A stretch of DNA of 64,000 bases, taken from NCBI GenBank assembly GCA_964291265.2, contig OZ219747.1, positions 3,136,001-3,200,000 on the forward strand. Reading direction: 5' to 3'. Positions 42,501 through 51,460 of the stretch are shown piece by piece. The notes beneath the pieces were generated by a model. That model ran no database searches and was not told the DNA's origin. It worked only from the letters and a program-made list of their open reading frames with translations. This stretch comes from Alphaproteobacteria bacterium (GTDB lineage: Bacteria > Pseudomonadota > Alphaproteobacteria > SP197). Each line of letters begins with the position of its first letter. Position 1 is the stretch's first letter. A program made the position numbers and the translations under genes.

Positions 42501-43053
42501 TCAGCAGATGGTCGAGGAAGCCGTCGAGAAGGTCCGTGCGGAACAGGAAGGACGGTCGCGGGCATCGCGGCATTCCTGGTCACCTGAAGTCAGTGTCGGC
42601 TCGGCTGTCCTGATACCGGACACGTGGGTTCGAGACCTTGACGTGAGACTCGTGCTCTACAGGCGTATTGCCGCGCTCGAGGATCGTGCCGGGATCGATG
42701 ACCTCAGAGAGGAACTGGTCGATCGTTTTGGCGAGCTTCCCGAAGAGGCCGACAATCTTCTGCGGATCATCGCCATCAAGGGCGACTGTCGACGCGCCGG
42801 AATTGCCCGGCTCGATGCCGGACCGCTCGGGGCCGTGGTGGCCTTTCATCAGCAGACATTCGCCGAACCGGAACGCCTGATCGATTGGATCACCGAGCAG
42901 AACGGACAAGCAAGGATGCGCCCCGACCAGACGCTGGTCGTGACAGGTTCGTGGGAACGGGTGAGGGATCGCCTCGACGGTGCCGAGATCCTGGCCTCGG
43001 ATCTTTCCGCCATCGCCCTTCGTGGTCACGAGACGGTGCAGCACCTCGGCTGA
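39523..43053 (+). CDS. mfd: Transcription-repair coupling factor
   Basis: FPAWDCLPYDRVSP, VVHIDHGIG, MDRLVCGDVGFGKTEVA, DEEQQFG, QLRGRIGRS, DLEIRGAGNLLG. Confidence 0.97.
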   Translation: MHIDTLPAHVIDSLRSGVLNTVSGVPEGVDAVLLAGLLQRHPARDILMVLHDEERARRLAGALSFLGIGDCTRLFPAWDCLPYDRVSPHPAVAGVRLALMGDLCERPPGSGGLVVLTTARAMLQRVPPPTSWHGRRKLLHKGDKTDPAALFRDLLAMGYSRTSVVMEQGDCAARGDILDVFPPALAEPARLDFFGDEVTGIRAFDPLTQRSTGLLESLSIDPASEVALDPASIRLFRDHWRELFGMNALADPIYESAVEGVRTPGMEHWLSLFYPTLGAFPDYLGEDWILVFTGDVENALRVHLDTVEDHYEHRASGDADDGVAYHAPPPEGLYLSIDDWATMAGKRTAVRLLAETPDAASEEAVDAGGLRSRDFRLERMNVRMQLFDSVARHIADEQEKGRRVIVAALGEASQGNLATMLESHGVKEVAKAGEDDWPQVPDTCVPVVVLPLEHGFVTGDLSIVAEQDIIGDRIMTPRRRRTKRDAERFLLEVSQLAEGDHVVHIDHGIGVFEGLHTVTLGGAPHDCLRIHYAGDDALLVPVENIETLSRYGSHDVRVQLDRLGSAAWQARQARLANRIEEMAGDLLKTASERLLQPGPVIRVEEGAYTEFCSRFCFQETEDQAKAIDEVFDDMASGRAMDRLVCGDVGFGKTEVALRAALAAVLEGYQVAVVAPTTLLARQHHETFVERFRHLPVNIALLSRLVTSGDASRTRKGVAAGTVDIVIGTHALLSRSMSFANLGLLVIDEEQQFGVTHKERLKQIKANVHVLTLTATPIPRTLQMALSGVRDLSLIVTPPVDRLAIRTFVGTYDSVTIREAIRRERMRGGQIYVVCPRVADLGRMRKDLQKLVPEARIAAAHGKLDPDNLESIMTAFYEGRIDILVSTTIIQSGLDIPNANTMIIHRCDRFGLGQLYQLRGRIGRSRVRAYAYITLPPGMKPGRDAMRRLKALSQMDSLGAGFSLASRDLEIRGAGNLLGREQSGHIREVGVELYQQMVEEAVEKVRAEQEGRSRASRHSWSPEVSVGSAVLIPDTWVRDLDVRLVLYRRIAALEDRAGIDDLREELVDRFGELPEEADNLLRIIAIKGDCRRAGIARLDAGPLGAVVAFHQQTFAEPERLIDWITEQNGQARMRPDQTLVVTGSWERVRDRLDGAEILASDLSAIALRGHETVQHLG

Positions 43054-43612
43054 CCGGGCGCCGCCAACAGCAAGGCGACGGTTGAAGACAGGGAAGGGAA
43101 CATTCCCGATGCCCGTCGCGCCCCTTCCTGGCATCATGGAGAAGGCGCCTTGTCAGGGAGGTGCTGTCAATCGAGATCAGGGCATCGACGCCATTGAAAC
43201 CGGGGCTTCCGGCCATGGACAATGTGATTCCCTGATATGCCGTTGATCACATTCATCTGTCGGCCACTGTCATGGACTCCCAGGATGAGGGTCTGCGCTC
43301 TCAGGGGGTGAGGGTGTCTGCGAAGTGGCGCTGAAGGCGAAGGGATTGCATCCGCAGGGCCGTGCCGCGTGATGCGGTCAAGCGTCGTTTCGGCCAGCCG
43401 GGTGTTGCCGCAGGCACGTGTCAGCCAGGCACTGTGTTCCATGCCGCCGGCCGGCACCGCCGGATTCAGCAGGCACGCCCGCCACGCGATCCGCGGGCGG
43501 TGGTGCCAGCAGAGACCGACGAGAGCCTTCCTCGACCGTTGATAGTCGATGCAGCACCATGGACAGGTCCGGTTCCCAGAGCGGTTCGTCGGTCCGTTTG
43601 CCGGCTCCTTGT

Positions 43613-44368
43613 TCAAGGCTGGGGAGCCCGGGCAGTGAGTCCGCCATCGCACACGAAGAGCTGACCGGTGGTGAAGGCGGCTTCGTCACTGGCGAGGAAC
43701 AGGGCAAGGGCGGCGATATCACGGGGTTGACCTATGCGTCCAACGGGCTGATTGGCGTCGAGCGAGCGGGCTGCTTCCTCGGGATCAGGCACGCTCGCGA
43801 GATACGCGTCCATCATGTCGGTGCGGATCCAGCCCGGGCATATGACGTTGCAGCGGATGCCGTCCGCGCCATGGTCGACGGCAATGGCGCGCGACAGTGC
43901 ATGAACGGCTCCCTTGGTGGCGCAGTAGGCGGCGAGACCCGGGTCCGCCACGAATCCGTCGTAACTGCCAACGTTGATGATGGCGCCGCCACCCTGGCGC
44001 GTCATGACGGGAATGGACTCCCGGCAGAACAGGAATACGCTGCCGACATTCACCCGCAAGATGGTGTTCCACTCGTCTTCGCTGGTTTCGGTGATGGTCT
44101 TCTCGATCTGCATGGCCGCGTTGTTGACGAGGACGTCGACCCCGCCGAGGCGGTCCCTTGCAGTCTTCACGACGTTTGAGACGTGCTCTGCGCAGGAGAC
44201 ATCGCCCGCGACCCAGATCACGGAATCACCGTTCCCGGTCGCTGGTGGTCGACGCGCCGTGGCGACGACCCGCGCCCCCTCCCGGACAAGGCTTTCCGCG
44301 ATCGCCCGGCCAATCCCTCTTGATGCGCCGGTGACTATGGCGCGCTTGCCTTCCACTCTGCCGCCCAT
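43613..44368 (-). CDS. SDR family oxidoreductase
   Basis: TGASRGIG, LVNNAA, YCATK (YxxxK), ICPGWIRT. Confidence 0.93.
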   Translation of the reverse strand: MGGRVEGKRAIVTGASRGIGRAIAESLVREGARVVATARRPPATGNGDSVIWVAGDVSCAEHVSNVVKTARDRLGGVDVLVNNAAMQIEKTITETSEDEWNTILRVNVGSVFLFCRESIPVMTRQGGGAIINVGSYDGFVADPGLAAYCATKGAVHALSRAIAVDHGADGIRCNVICPGWIRTDMMDAYLASVPDPEEAARSLDANQPVGRIGQPRDIAALALFLASDEAAFTTGQLFVCDGGLTARAPQP

Positions 44369-44573
44369 GCCGGCCTCCACTCGTCTGATATGTGGCAGGA
44401 TATCGCGCTTCCGCCACCGGATCACAAGGAAGACCGCCGGGGCATCCTGCGTCGTCTCGTGACGATTGGAGTTCAGGGCGTCAATGGTCCTCTCGGAGGT
44501 GATCCCCGATCGCGTCACCGCTGCAATCGGCCCTGGTTCCGACCCCTGACCCGTCAACCTGACAGCAACTGGA

Positions 44574-45194
44574 TCAGCCCTGGCCGATGAGTTCGATGGA
44601 GGCTCCCCGAGGTGTTCCGAGGCTGATGTCGTTCACGGTCGAAGGGCAGGCAGAACAGACGAGAACGAGAGCCGTCTCCGCGCGTAACTCGACGTAGTCG
44701 CCGGCCGCCGCAGAAGCCGGCTCGTCCATCAGTGAACCATCGGACTTGACAATGGCATGCTCGAACAGGTTCCAGGGGCAGGGAATTGGTCCGAGGCGAA
44801 CCCCGCGCTCCGCCATGACCTCCTTCAGGTTTTCCTCGCAGTTGGGACGGATCGCTGCCATGCCGAAGAACCGGTTGCTTTCTGCGCTGCATGCCGCATG
44901 GAGCGTATCGTGAATCCCCGGAGAGGTATCGGCCAGGATCGTCAGCATGGGCCGGAACCGGACGCTCACCAGCGTGTCACCGGGTCTGAACAGGATCCGG
45001 TATGTCGCGGACCTGCTGTGCTCCATTGAAAGAAACTCGAAGGGGTCCGCCGTGCAGGAGGCCCAGGTGTCGACGACCTGATGGCCCTCCGTGTTGACGA
45101 TTCGCACGATGTCACCTGCTTCGACAGTGACCCCGCGCGCTTCGCCCGGCGGAATTCGCTCCAGACGGTTCACGAAGCCTCCTCCATGCTGCAA
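44574..45194 (-). CDS. Urea carboxylase-associated family protein (DUF1989)
   Basis: G.QVVDTW, HDTLHAAC, NCEENL, PWNLF, GDYVELRAE, CSACP. Confidence 0.85.
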   Translation of the reverse strand: MQHGGGFVNRLERIPPGEARGVTVEAGDIVRIVNTEGHQVVDTWASCTADPFEFLSMEHSRSATYRILFRPGDTLVSVRFRPMLTILADTSPGIHDTLHAACSAESNRFFGMAAIRPNCEENLKEVMAERGVRLGPIPCPWNLFEHAIVKSDGSLMDEPASAAAGDYVELRAETALVLVCSACPSTVNDISLGTPRGASIELIGQG

Positions 45195-45899
45195 GCAGAC
45201 GTGACATCCCGCAGATGTGACCGGCCGACACTCAATGCCTGACCGGTTGGAGATGTCCGACGAATGGCAAGCCCGCTTCTGCCACCAAGACCGTCCGAGT
45301 CGGTGAGTTGTGTGAAAGGCCCTGTGACAGGCGCTACTCTGGACCCGAGTTGCAGCACGCCGCCGATCACCGGGATCACACCCCGGTCGAGAGCGTCTCC
45401 TTCGGGGATACGTTCCCCGGCGCTTGCCACTTCGACTTGTCCCAAGACAGTCCTCTCCTCCTGTCAGGATAGAGTGGCGAGTTCCTCCGGGCCACCTCCG
45501 TTGCCAGAACCATTCTGTTGTCGCGATCGGCAGTGGACAACCGCGTCAGTGACCGTTCCTGAAGTGGGTGGCACCTTCTCGAGGTCGAAACCGGCATATC
45601 GACAACGAAATCCGGTCCCGAATGGACCTCCAGATCTGCCCGGAACGCCCCCTCGTCGGACGAAACCGGACAAGGGAAAAGTCCTGCCTCCGTTGCGTGG
45701 CGCATCCCCGAGTTGAGGGCGCATGCAAACAGTTCCATCCGGACATTCAGACAGGGGTGACGTGACACGGTTGCCCGGGCTGACAAAATCACCTGTTGTC
45801 GTCCGTTCCCATGACACATCACCCGTCGTGCCTGGACCGCTGCAGGCGGCCTCGGGGCGACTTGTCGGCGCGATGGCAAGGACACGCACACCTGCACCC

Positions 45900-46480
45900 G
45901 GTGGTTCGGCGCCTACCTGCTTACGATGGCAGGCGTTCACCTGTGCGGCGCTGTCATCAACTCTGCGGGTGGTGGCGCACGCCGAACGGTCGGCCATGTC
46001 AACGCCGCCCAGGCGCCACGACATGGCGATGCCGGAGCGTTCTGACTCGATGGTCACCTGCTGGTTGCCCTTCATCGGGGGGGTGGCTCTCGCATTGGGC
46101 CCTGGTACCGGGCGCCGGATGTCTTGCTGACGCGCCTGACGCCCGCCTGTATCGGCTTCCTTGTTCCCACCACTGTCGGTCATTTCGAGGAATGTGCGGA
46201 ATTTTCCAGGTTCGAGGGGTATCCGTTTCGTCCGGAGAGACTCTGACTGTCGTGTGCACTTGTGTGTTCGACAGCGCTCATGCACCGGATGTGGCATCAC
46301 TGTCGAGTCCGGTGCTGGAATGGCCGGTGTGCACCCGCTGGCCTGGGTCATCTGCGCTCATCGCCGTCCCCTCCACTGCAGCGCCCGATCCAATGCTACC
46401 TGCCGCGGTCTGCGTGGCGGGGTGGGGCATCGGCTGGGACAGGAGACCGTACTCCGGAGTTGACCTCGTCCGCGCGATCC
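45900..46480 (-). pseudogene. Heavily eroded transposase relic, possibly ISAs1 family
   Basis: Collinear weak matches to ISAs1 motifs: AAVEGTAMS (VAIDGKxLR), FLEMTD.GG...ADTGGRQ (LLEMLD.xG..xDAMxxQ), MKGNQ (LKGNQ), MSWRLG (LHWxLD). Confidence 0.35.
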
Positions 46481-46954
46481 GCTGCGGGGTCTCGAACTGA
46501 TCGTTTCCTCGCTGGAATGCACTTGTTGCACGACCCCGGTCCTCACGGCTGGATCTGTGTTTGCGGACTGCGTTGCACTGGTGGGGGATCACCGAAGGAT
46601 TCAGGAGGAGGTCATGCGGGCACGGTGGTTGGAGCCGCGGTGGAATGGGTCTATTCTCCGCGCTATCGCGAGTCGTGTTGGGGAGAAGGACGGGACATGT
46701 CTGGCCTTCACCGTATACCGCGTCATGAGCCCGATCGACGAGATCATGGTCCTTGACCTCCACGGACCCGGCCGACAGCGCCTGGCGCGTGGACTTCCCG
46801 ATCCCGAACCAACCGTCGAAGCCTTCGCCATCGAGGTCTTAACGCTTGGCGGACCCCCCGGGTCAGGCGCCGCGATTGCCGACACGGTGCTGTTCGGAGT
46901 AGGGTGCCGCCATGTCGACCACCTTGTCTCTTCCGGCCCGCGAACGCCTGGCTC

Positions 46955-48017
46955 GGTACGGCACCCATGCCATGCTCGACATGACGCACAGTGACGGCAG
47001 CCTGCCGACCCGCAGCGAACGCGACGTGACCTTCGAGGGCCCCAACGGCACCCTCAACCTGATCACCTACAAGGCCTGTTTCGTCTGTACCTTTGCCAGC
47101 GGCCGCATCGCCTCGATCGATCCGGATCACTTGTCGGTAAAGGGCCGCCCGCAGCGTCAGACCGCGTCGGGCCGACTGGAGTACGAGAGTGTCTTTGCGC
47201 TGGGCGCCATGGCGGGAGTGGATGACATCGATGCCGTGACCTTTGCCGATTTCCTGTGCAACGAGCACGGAATGGACACGATTACCTTCGGCGGAGCCCT
47301 CGCGGCGGCCATGGAGCTCTTCGAGACAGGGGTCGTGACGATGCACGAGAGACAGGCGTCGATCTCTCGTTCGGGGCAGCCGAGGGACTCGTCGCCATGG
47401 TCGTGGCCTGCACTCGGGGAGAAGGAGTCGGGGCCGACATCGGGCTTGGAGCAGCAAGGTTGTGAGACAGGTACGCGAGATCGGAGTTCTCGATGAGCGT
47501 CAAGGGACGGGAGTTTCCCGGATACGTTCCGCGCGCCATGCAGGGCATGGCGCTCGCCTATGCCATGTCCAACCGGGGCGCCTGTCACCTGCGTGCCAGT
47601 CCCTTCGCCACGACCGAGCTTGATGGCAAGGCCGATTTCGTGCGTTCGACCCGGGACGAACGGGCTGCCATGTTGGACTCATCGGGATTGTGCGCCTTCA
47701 CGGCGGCCGCCGTCTCCATCGAGAAGACTGCGGCCATGCTGGAGGGCGCCCTGCCAACCTCGTCGACCGCCGAACGCCTTCACGAGACGGGTGAGAGAAT
47801 CTGGAGTCTCGAGAGACTCTTCAACATCGTTGCCGGTCTCGGGCGAAGCGACGACACGCTGCTGCATCGCATGTCGTACGTCCCGGCGCCGGGCGGAACG
47901 GCGAAGGGCATGGTGGCGAGGCCCGGCGGCATGCTGGACGATGACTCCGAGTTGAGCGGCCGGGACCAGGAGGGAGCGCCACGGGGCCAGGCCCTCCATC
48001 GCCTCGCACTGTCATGA
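46955..48017 (+). pseudogene. Aldehyde:ferredoxin oxidoreductase (tungsten AOR family), truncated and frameshifted
   Basis: YGT...LPTR, ACF.C...GR, EYESVFALG, CNEHGMDTI in one frame; SVKGREFPGY.PR, AYAMSNRGACH, ERLFN..AG....DTL in the next. The N-terminal domain is missing. Confidence 0.85.
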
Positions 48018-48265
48018 GGGTGTCGGTCAAGAGCGCCGCCTGTGCGGGCGAAATCGTTCCCCACATCGGTGCTGACGGCAGGAGCGAGTGGGGCCTGGAG
48101 GATGACGCCACACTTGCCGGCGCCCTCGCCCGGCTCGGAGCCTTGCGGGAGCGACCGGCGCTGATACTGGTCAATGATCGAGTTGTCAGGGAGGCACAGC
48201 GGTCGGACCTCGGGCCCGCTGACGGCGATCGCCTGATCGTCATGCCTTCGATCGATGGAGGGTAG
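48014..48265 (+). CDS. MoaD/ThiS family sulfur-carrier protein
   Basis: 83 aa; ILVND, DGDRLIVMPSIDGG C-terminal GG; usual neighbour of AOR genes. Confidence 0.8.
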   Translation: MRVSVKSAACAGEIVPHIGADGRSEWGLEDDATLAGALARLGALRERPALILVNDRVVREAQRSDLGPADGDRLIVMPSIDGG

Positions 48266-48271
48266 GGGGCC

Positions 48272-49171
48272 ATGGACCAGGCGCGCCTGACCTGTTGTCT
48301 GACTTTTGATTTCGATGCCATGTCGGTGTGGATAGGCTCCTATCGGTCAAGCAATCCCGGCGAGATTTCCCGAGGCGAATTCGGTGCCGTTGCCATTCCC
48401 CGCATTCTCGACCTGCTTCGGCGTCGTTCGATCGTGGCGACCTTCTGCATACCCGGGCACACGGCTCTTGCCTGGCCCGACCTGGTGAAGGCCATCCATG
48501 ACAGCGGTCACGAAATCGCCCACCATGGCTGGGTTCACGAAAACCCGGCGGACTTTGACGAAGCGGGGGAGCGGCGCAACCTAGAACGAGGATTCGAGGC
48601 TCTCGACAAGGCCTGCGGCGTGCGGCCCGTGGGTTACCGGTCACCGGCCTGGGACTTCAGTGAACGTACGGCGGACCTCCTTGAGGAATTCGGCTTTCTC
48701 TATGATTCGAGCCTCATGGGAGACGACTACACGCCCTACTACATGCGGACCGGGGACAAGGCCCCGGCCACGGAACCCTACGAGTTCGGCACTCATCTCG
48801 ACATCGTCGAACTGCCGGTCTCCTGGGGACTCGATGACTTTCCCTATTTCGAATTCGACAGCACCGGCGGTGGTCTCAAGCCCGCCTCTCATGTCGAGGA
48901 GATCTGGCGCCAGGAATTCACATGGGCGCACACCCATGTGCCAGGCGGCATCTACAATCTCACCATGCATCCGCAGGTGATTGGACGCGGTCATCGGTTG
49001 ATGATGCTGGAGCGTCTGATCGACTTCTTCCGAGAACACGTTGACGTCGCGTTCGACACTCTGGCCGGGTACTCCGGCCGCTGGGCCAGGCGCAATCCAC
49101 TCGCGGACTGGGTCTCTGGCGGTTCCCTGCACGCTCGTGGACCTCTGCGAGACCGGCAGACCTCCATATGA
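48272..49171 (+). CDS. Polysaccharide deacetylase family protein (PuuE/PgdA-like)
   Basis: LTFDFD, HEIAHHGWVHE, GYRSPAW, YDSSLMG, TMHPQVIGR. Confidence 0.9.
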   Translation: MDQARLTCCLTFDFDAMSVWIGSYRSSNPGEISRGEFGAVAIPRILDLLRRRSIVATFCIPGHTALAWPDLVKAIHDSGHEIAHHGWVHENPADFDEAGERRNLERGFEALDKACGVRPVGYRSPAWDFSERTADLLEEFGFLYDSSLMGDDYTPYYMRTGDKAPATEPYEFGTHLDIVELPVSWGLDDFPYFEFDSTGGGLKPASHVEEIWRQEFTWAHTHVPGGIYNLTMHPQVIGRGHRLMMLERLIDFFREHVDVAFDTLAGYSGRWARRNPLADWVSGGSLHARGPLRDRQTSI

Positions 49172-49923
49172 GCGTCTGGGGCAAGATCATCGGCGGCACG
49201 GTCGGCTTCATCGCGCTGGGAGGTCCTCTTGGCGCCCTCATGGGTCTTGCCGCCGGACACCTTGTTGATCAGACCCTGAAGGGAAGGCGACCCGCGGTCA
49301 CACATCAGGGCCCGTCGACGGACGAACTTCAGGTTGCCTTCACCTTGGCCGTGATCGCCCTGGTCGCCAAGCTGGCCAAGGCAGATGGTCGCGTCACCCG
49401 GGACGAGATTCAGGCGCTCAAGCGCATTCTCCCCATTCCGGAATCGGCTTCGGGCGATGTCGGTCGCATTTTCAATGCCGCCAAGGAAAGCGCTGACGGC
49501 TACGAGTCCTATGCCCGCCAGATCGCGTCCCTGCTTGGCCACTCGCGGGCCGTCAGGGAAGATCTCCTCGGCGCTCTGCTGATGGTCGCCCACGTGGATG
49601 GCCACTATCACGCAGCCGAACGCGCCATCATCAACGATGTCGGACGCATATTCGGGTTCTCGTTTGCCGACATGAGGCGTCTCGAAGGCATGTTCGCGGC
49701 GACCAGCGAAACCACAGGCGACCCTTACGAAACTCTGGGTGTGTCGGCCGAGGCGAGCGATCGAGACGTGAAGGCGACCTACCGCAAGCTGCTTCGGGAA
49801 AATCACCCCGATCGCATCACCGCCCAGGGGTTGCCCGAGGAATTCATAGAGGTCGCCAACCGCAAGATGGCCGAAATCAATGCCGCCTGGGACCGTATCA
49901 AGAAGGAACGCGGACTGAACTGA
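49168..49923 (+). CDS. djlA: DjlA-like co-chaperone (TerB + J domain)
   Basis: MSVWGKIIG, AKLAKADGRV, DPYETLGV, ENHPD motif. Confidence 0.88.
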   Translation: MSVWGKIIGGTVGFIALGGPLGALMGLAAGHLVDQTLKGRRPAVTHQGPSTDELQVAFTLAVIALVAKLAKADGRVTRDEIQALKRILPIPESASGDVGRIFNAAKESADGYESYARQIASLLGHSRAVREDLLGALLMVAHVDGHYHAAERAIINDVGRIFGFSFADMRRLEGMFAATSETTGDPYETLGVSAEASDRDVKATYRKLLRENHPDRITAQGLPEEFIEVANRKMAEINAAWDRIKKERGLN

Positions 49924-49998
49924 CGAGGCCTGTCGGCAGGGACGATGTGACGGCCCGGGTTGCATGGTGAAGGGCTGTCGGATATCAAGTCGCCGATG

Positions 49999-50073
49999 GG
50001 GCGCGTAGCTCAGCGGGAGAGCACTACGTTGACATCGTAGGGGTCGCTGGTTCAATCCCAGCCGCGCCCACCA
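49999..50073 (+). tRNA. tRNA-Val (GAC)
   Basis: GGGCGCG/CGCGCCC acceptor stem, TAGCTCAG D-arm, anticodon arm CTACG-TTGACAT-CGTAG, GGTTCAATCC T-loop, encoded CCA. Confidence 0.97.
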
Positions 50074-50138
50074 TCCCATGTTGATTGATGCCCCCTGCTC
50101 CGGCACTATCGCCCCGGCAAAACCCGGAGAATCGGCAC

Positions 50139-51323
50139 GTGGCAGACAGGGGTGACCAGGCCTTCAGGGGCACACGCAATCTCCATCGCCTGGCGCGTAC
50201 ATCTCAGACCCGGCAGGAAGAGGAGATCCGGCGAGGGCTGGAACTCGGCCTCGAAGCGGCTAACTCCATCAACGACAGGACCATCTCGCTGTTCAGCCGC
50301 GGCCATCTTCCGGCCTTTGCCGGCATCAACACGTTCATGAAGGCGCCCTACTGCGAGGACATCCGTAGGATCGGCGACTACGAAGCGGCATTTGTCGGCA
50401 TCCCCTTCGACACCGGGACGACTTACCGTCCCGGAACCCGTTTCGGCCCTCAGGCGGTGCGGCGAATCTCGGCTGTGTATGACGGTTACAGCGTTGATGG
50501 CGGCATCGATCTTCCCGAGGAACTCGATCTTGCCGATGCCGGAGATGTCTTCGTCATTCCGGGCAACATCGAGAAGACCTTCGACCAGGTCTCGAAGGCG
50601 GTGTCGCACGTCTACACCTCGGGCGCCTTTCCCATCCTCGTGGGCGGAGATCACAGCCTCGGCTATCCCAACGTCCGTGGCATCGCGCCCCACATCGACG
50701 GCAATGTCGGCATCATTCACTTCGACCGGCATATCGACATGGCTGACATGGACATGGACGAACGCATGCACACGACACCCTGGTACTGGACATCGAACGA
50801 TCACGAGAGTGTCCATCGGGCGGAGTCCCACCATGCCCACACGCACATGCACGATGTCGGTCTCGCCAATTGTCCGCCGAAGAACCTGGTGCAGATCGGC
50901 ATTGGTGGCTGGTACGGCTCGAGGCGTGGTTCCGAGATTGCCCGCGAACGCGGCACCAGCGTGCTGACCATGACCGATGTCGAGGAACTCGGCACCAGGA
51001 AGACAGCGGAAGTCGCCCTCGAACTCGCCTGGAAGGACGCGAAGGCTGTCTATCTTTCGTTCGACATCGATTCCATCGATCCCGGCTTCGCACCCGGAAC
51101 CGGGACCCCCGAACCCGGCGGTTTCACGCCGCGCGAGGCACTCGAGATGGTACGCCTGATCGCCCGTGAAGGCTTGTGCGGCATGGAAGTCGTCGAAGTC
51201 TCGCCGCCTTACGACGTCAACGACAACACCTCCCAACTGGCCTGCCGGGTTATCCTCGACGCCATCGGCACCATGGTGGTGGAAGGCAGGCTCGGCCACC
51301 GCGACCGCGTCATGATGGACTGA
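50139..51323 (+). CDS. Ureohydrolase (agmatinase family), guanidine hydrolase GdmH-like
   Basis: FAGINTFMKAPY, TYRPGTRFGPQ, GGDHS, HFDRHID, DERMHTTP, SFDIDSID, PEPGG; GTG start after GGAGA. Confidence 0.88.
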   Translation: MADRGDQAFRGTRNLHRLARTSQTRQEEEIRRGLELGLEAANSINDRTISLFSRGHLPAFAGINTFMKAPYCEDIRRIGDYEAAFVGIPFDTGTTYRPGTRFGPQAVRRISAVYDGYSVDGGIDLPEELDLADAGDVFVIPGNIEKTFDQVSKAVSHVYTSGAFPILVGGDHSLGYPNVRGIAPHIDGNVGIIHFDRHIDMADMDMDERMHTTPWYWTSNDHESVHRAESHHAHTHMHDVGLANCPPKNLVQIGIGGWYGSRRGSEIARERGTSVLTMTDVEELGTRKTAEVALELAWKDAKAVYLSFDIDSIDPGFAPGTGTPEPGGFTPREALEMVRLIAREGLCGMEVVEVSPPYDVNDNTSQLACRVILDAIGTMVVEGRLGHRDRVMMD

Positions 51324-51460
51324 TTCCGGGGTCAGGACGTCTGAACCCAGCCCGGTGCCGATCGGTCGTCGCACCCTCATCCAAGACAACAGGTCAGGCA
51401 GTACGGGTGTAAGCGTTCGGCCGTGCGGTGTTTGGGTCTTGCTGACTATCGTCTGAGAAA

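Noticed and set aside
43350-43570. Minus-strand GNTRLAETTLDRITRH resembling the C-terminus of IS21 IstB
   Set aside because: Single short motif with no Walker motifs nearby; too weak to call.
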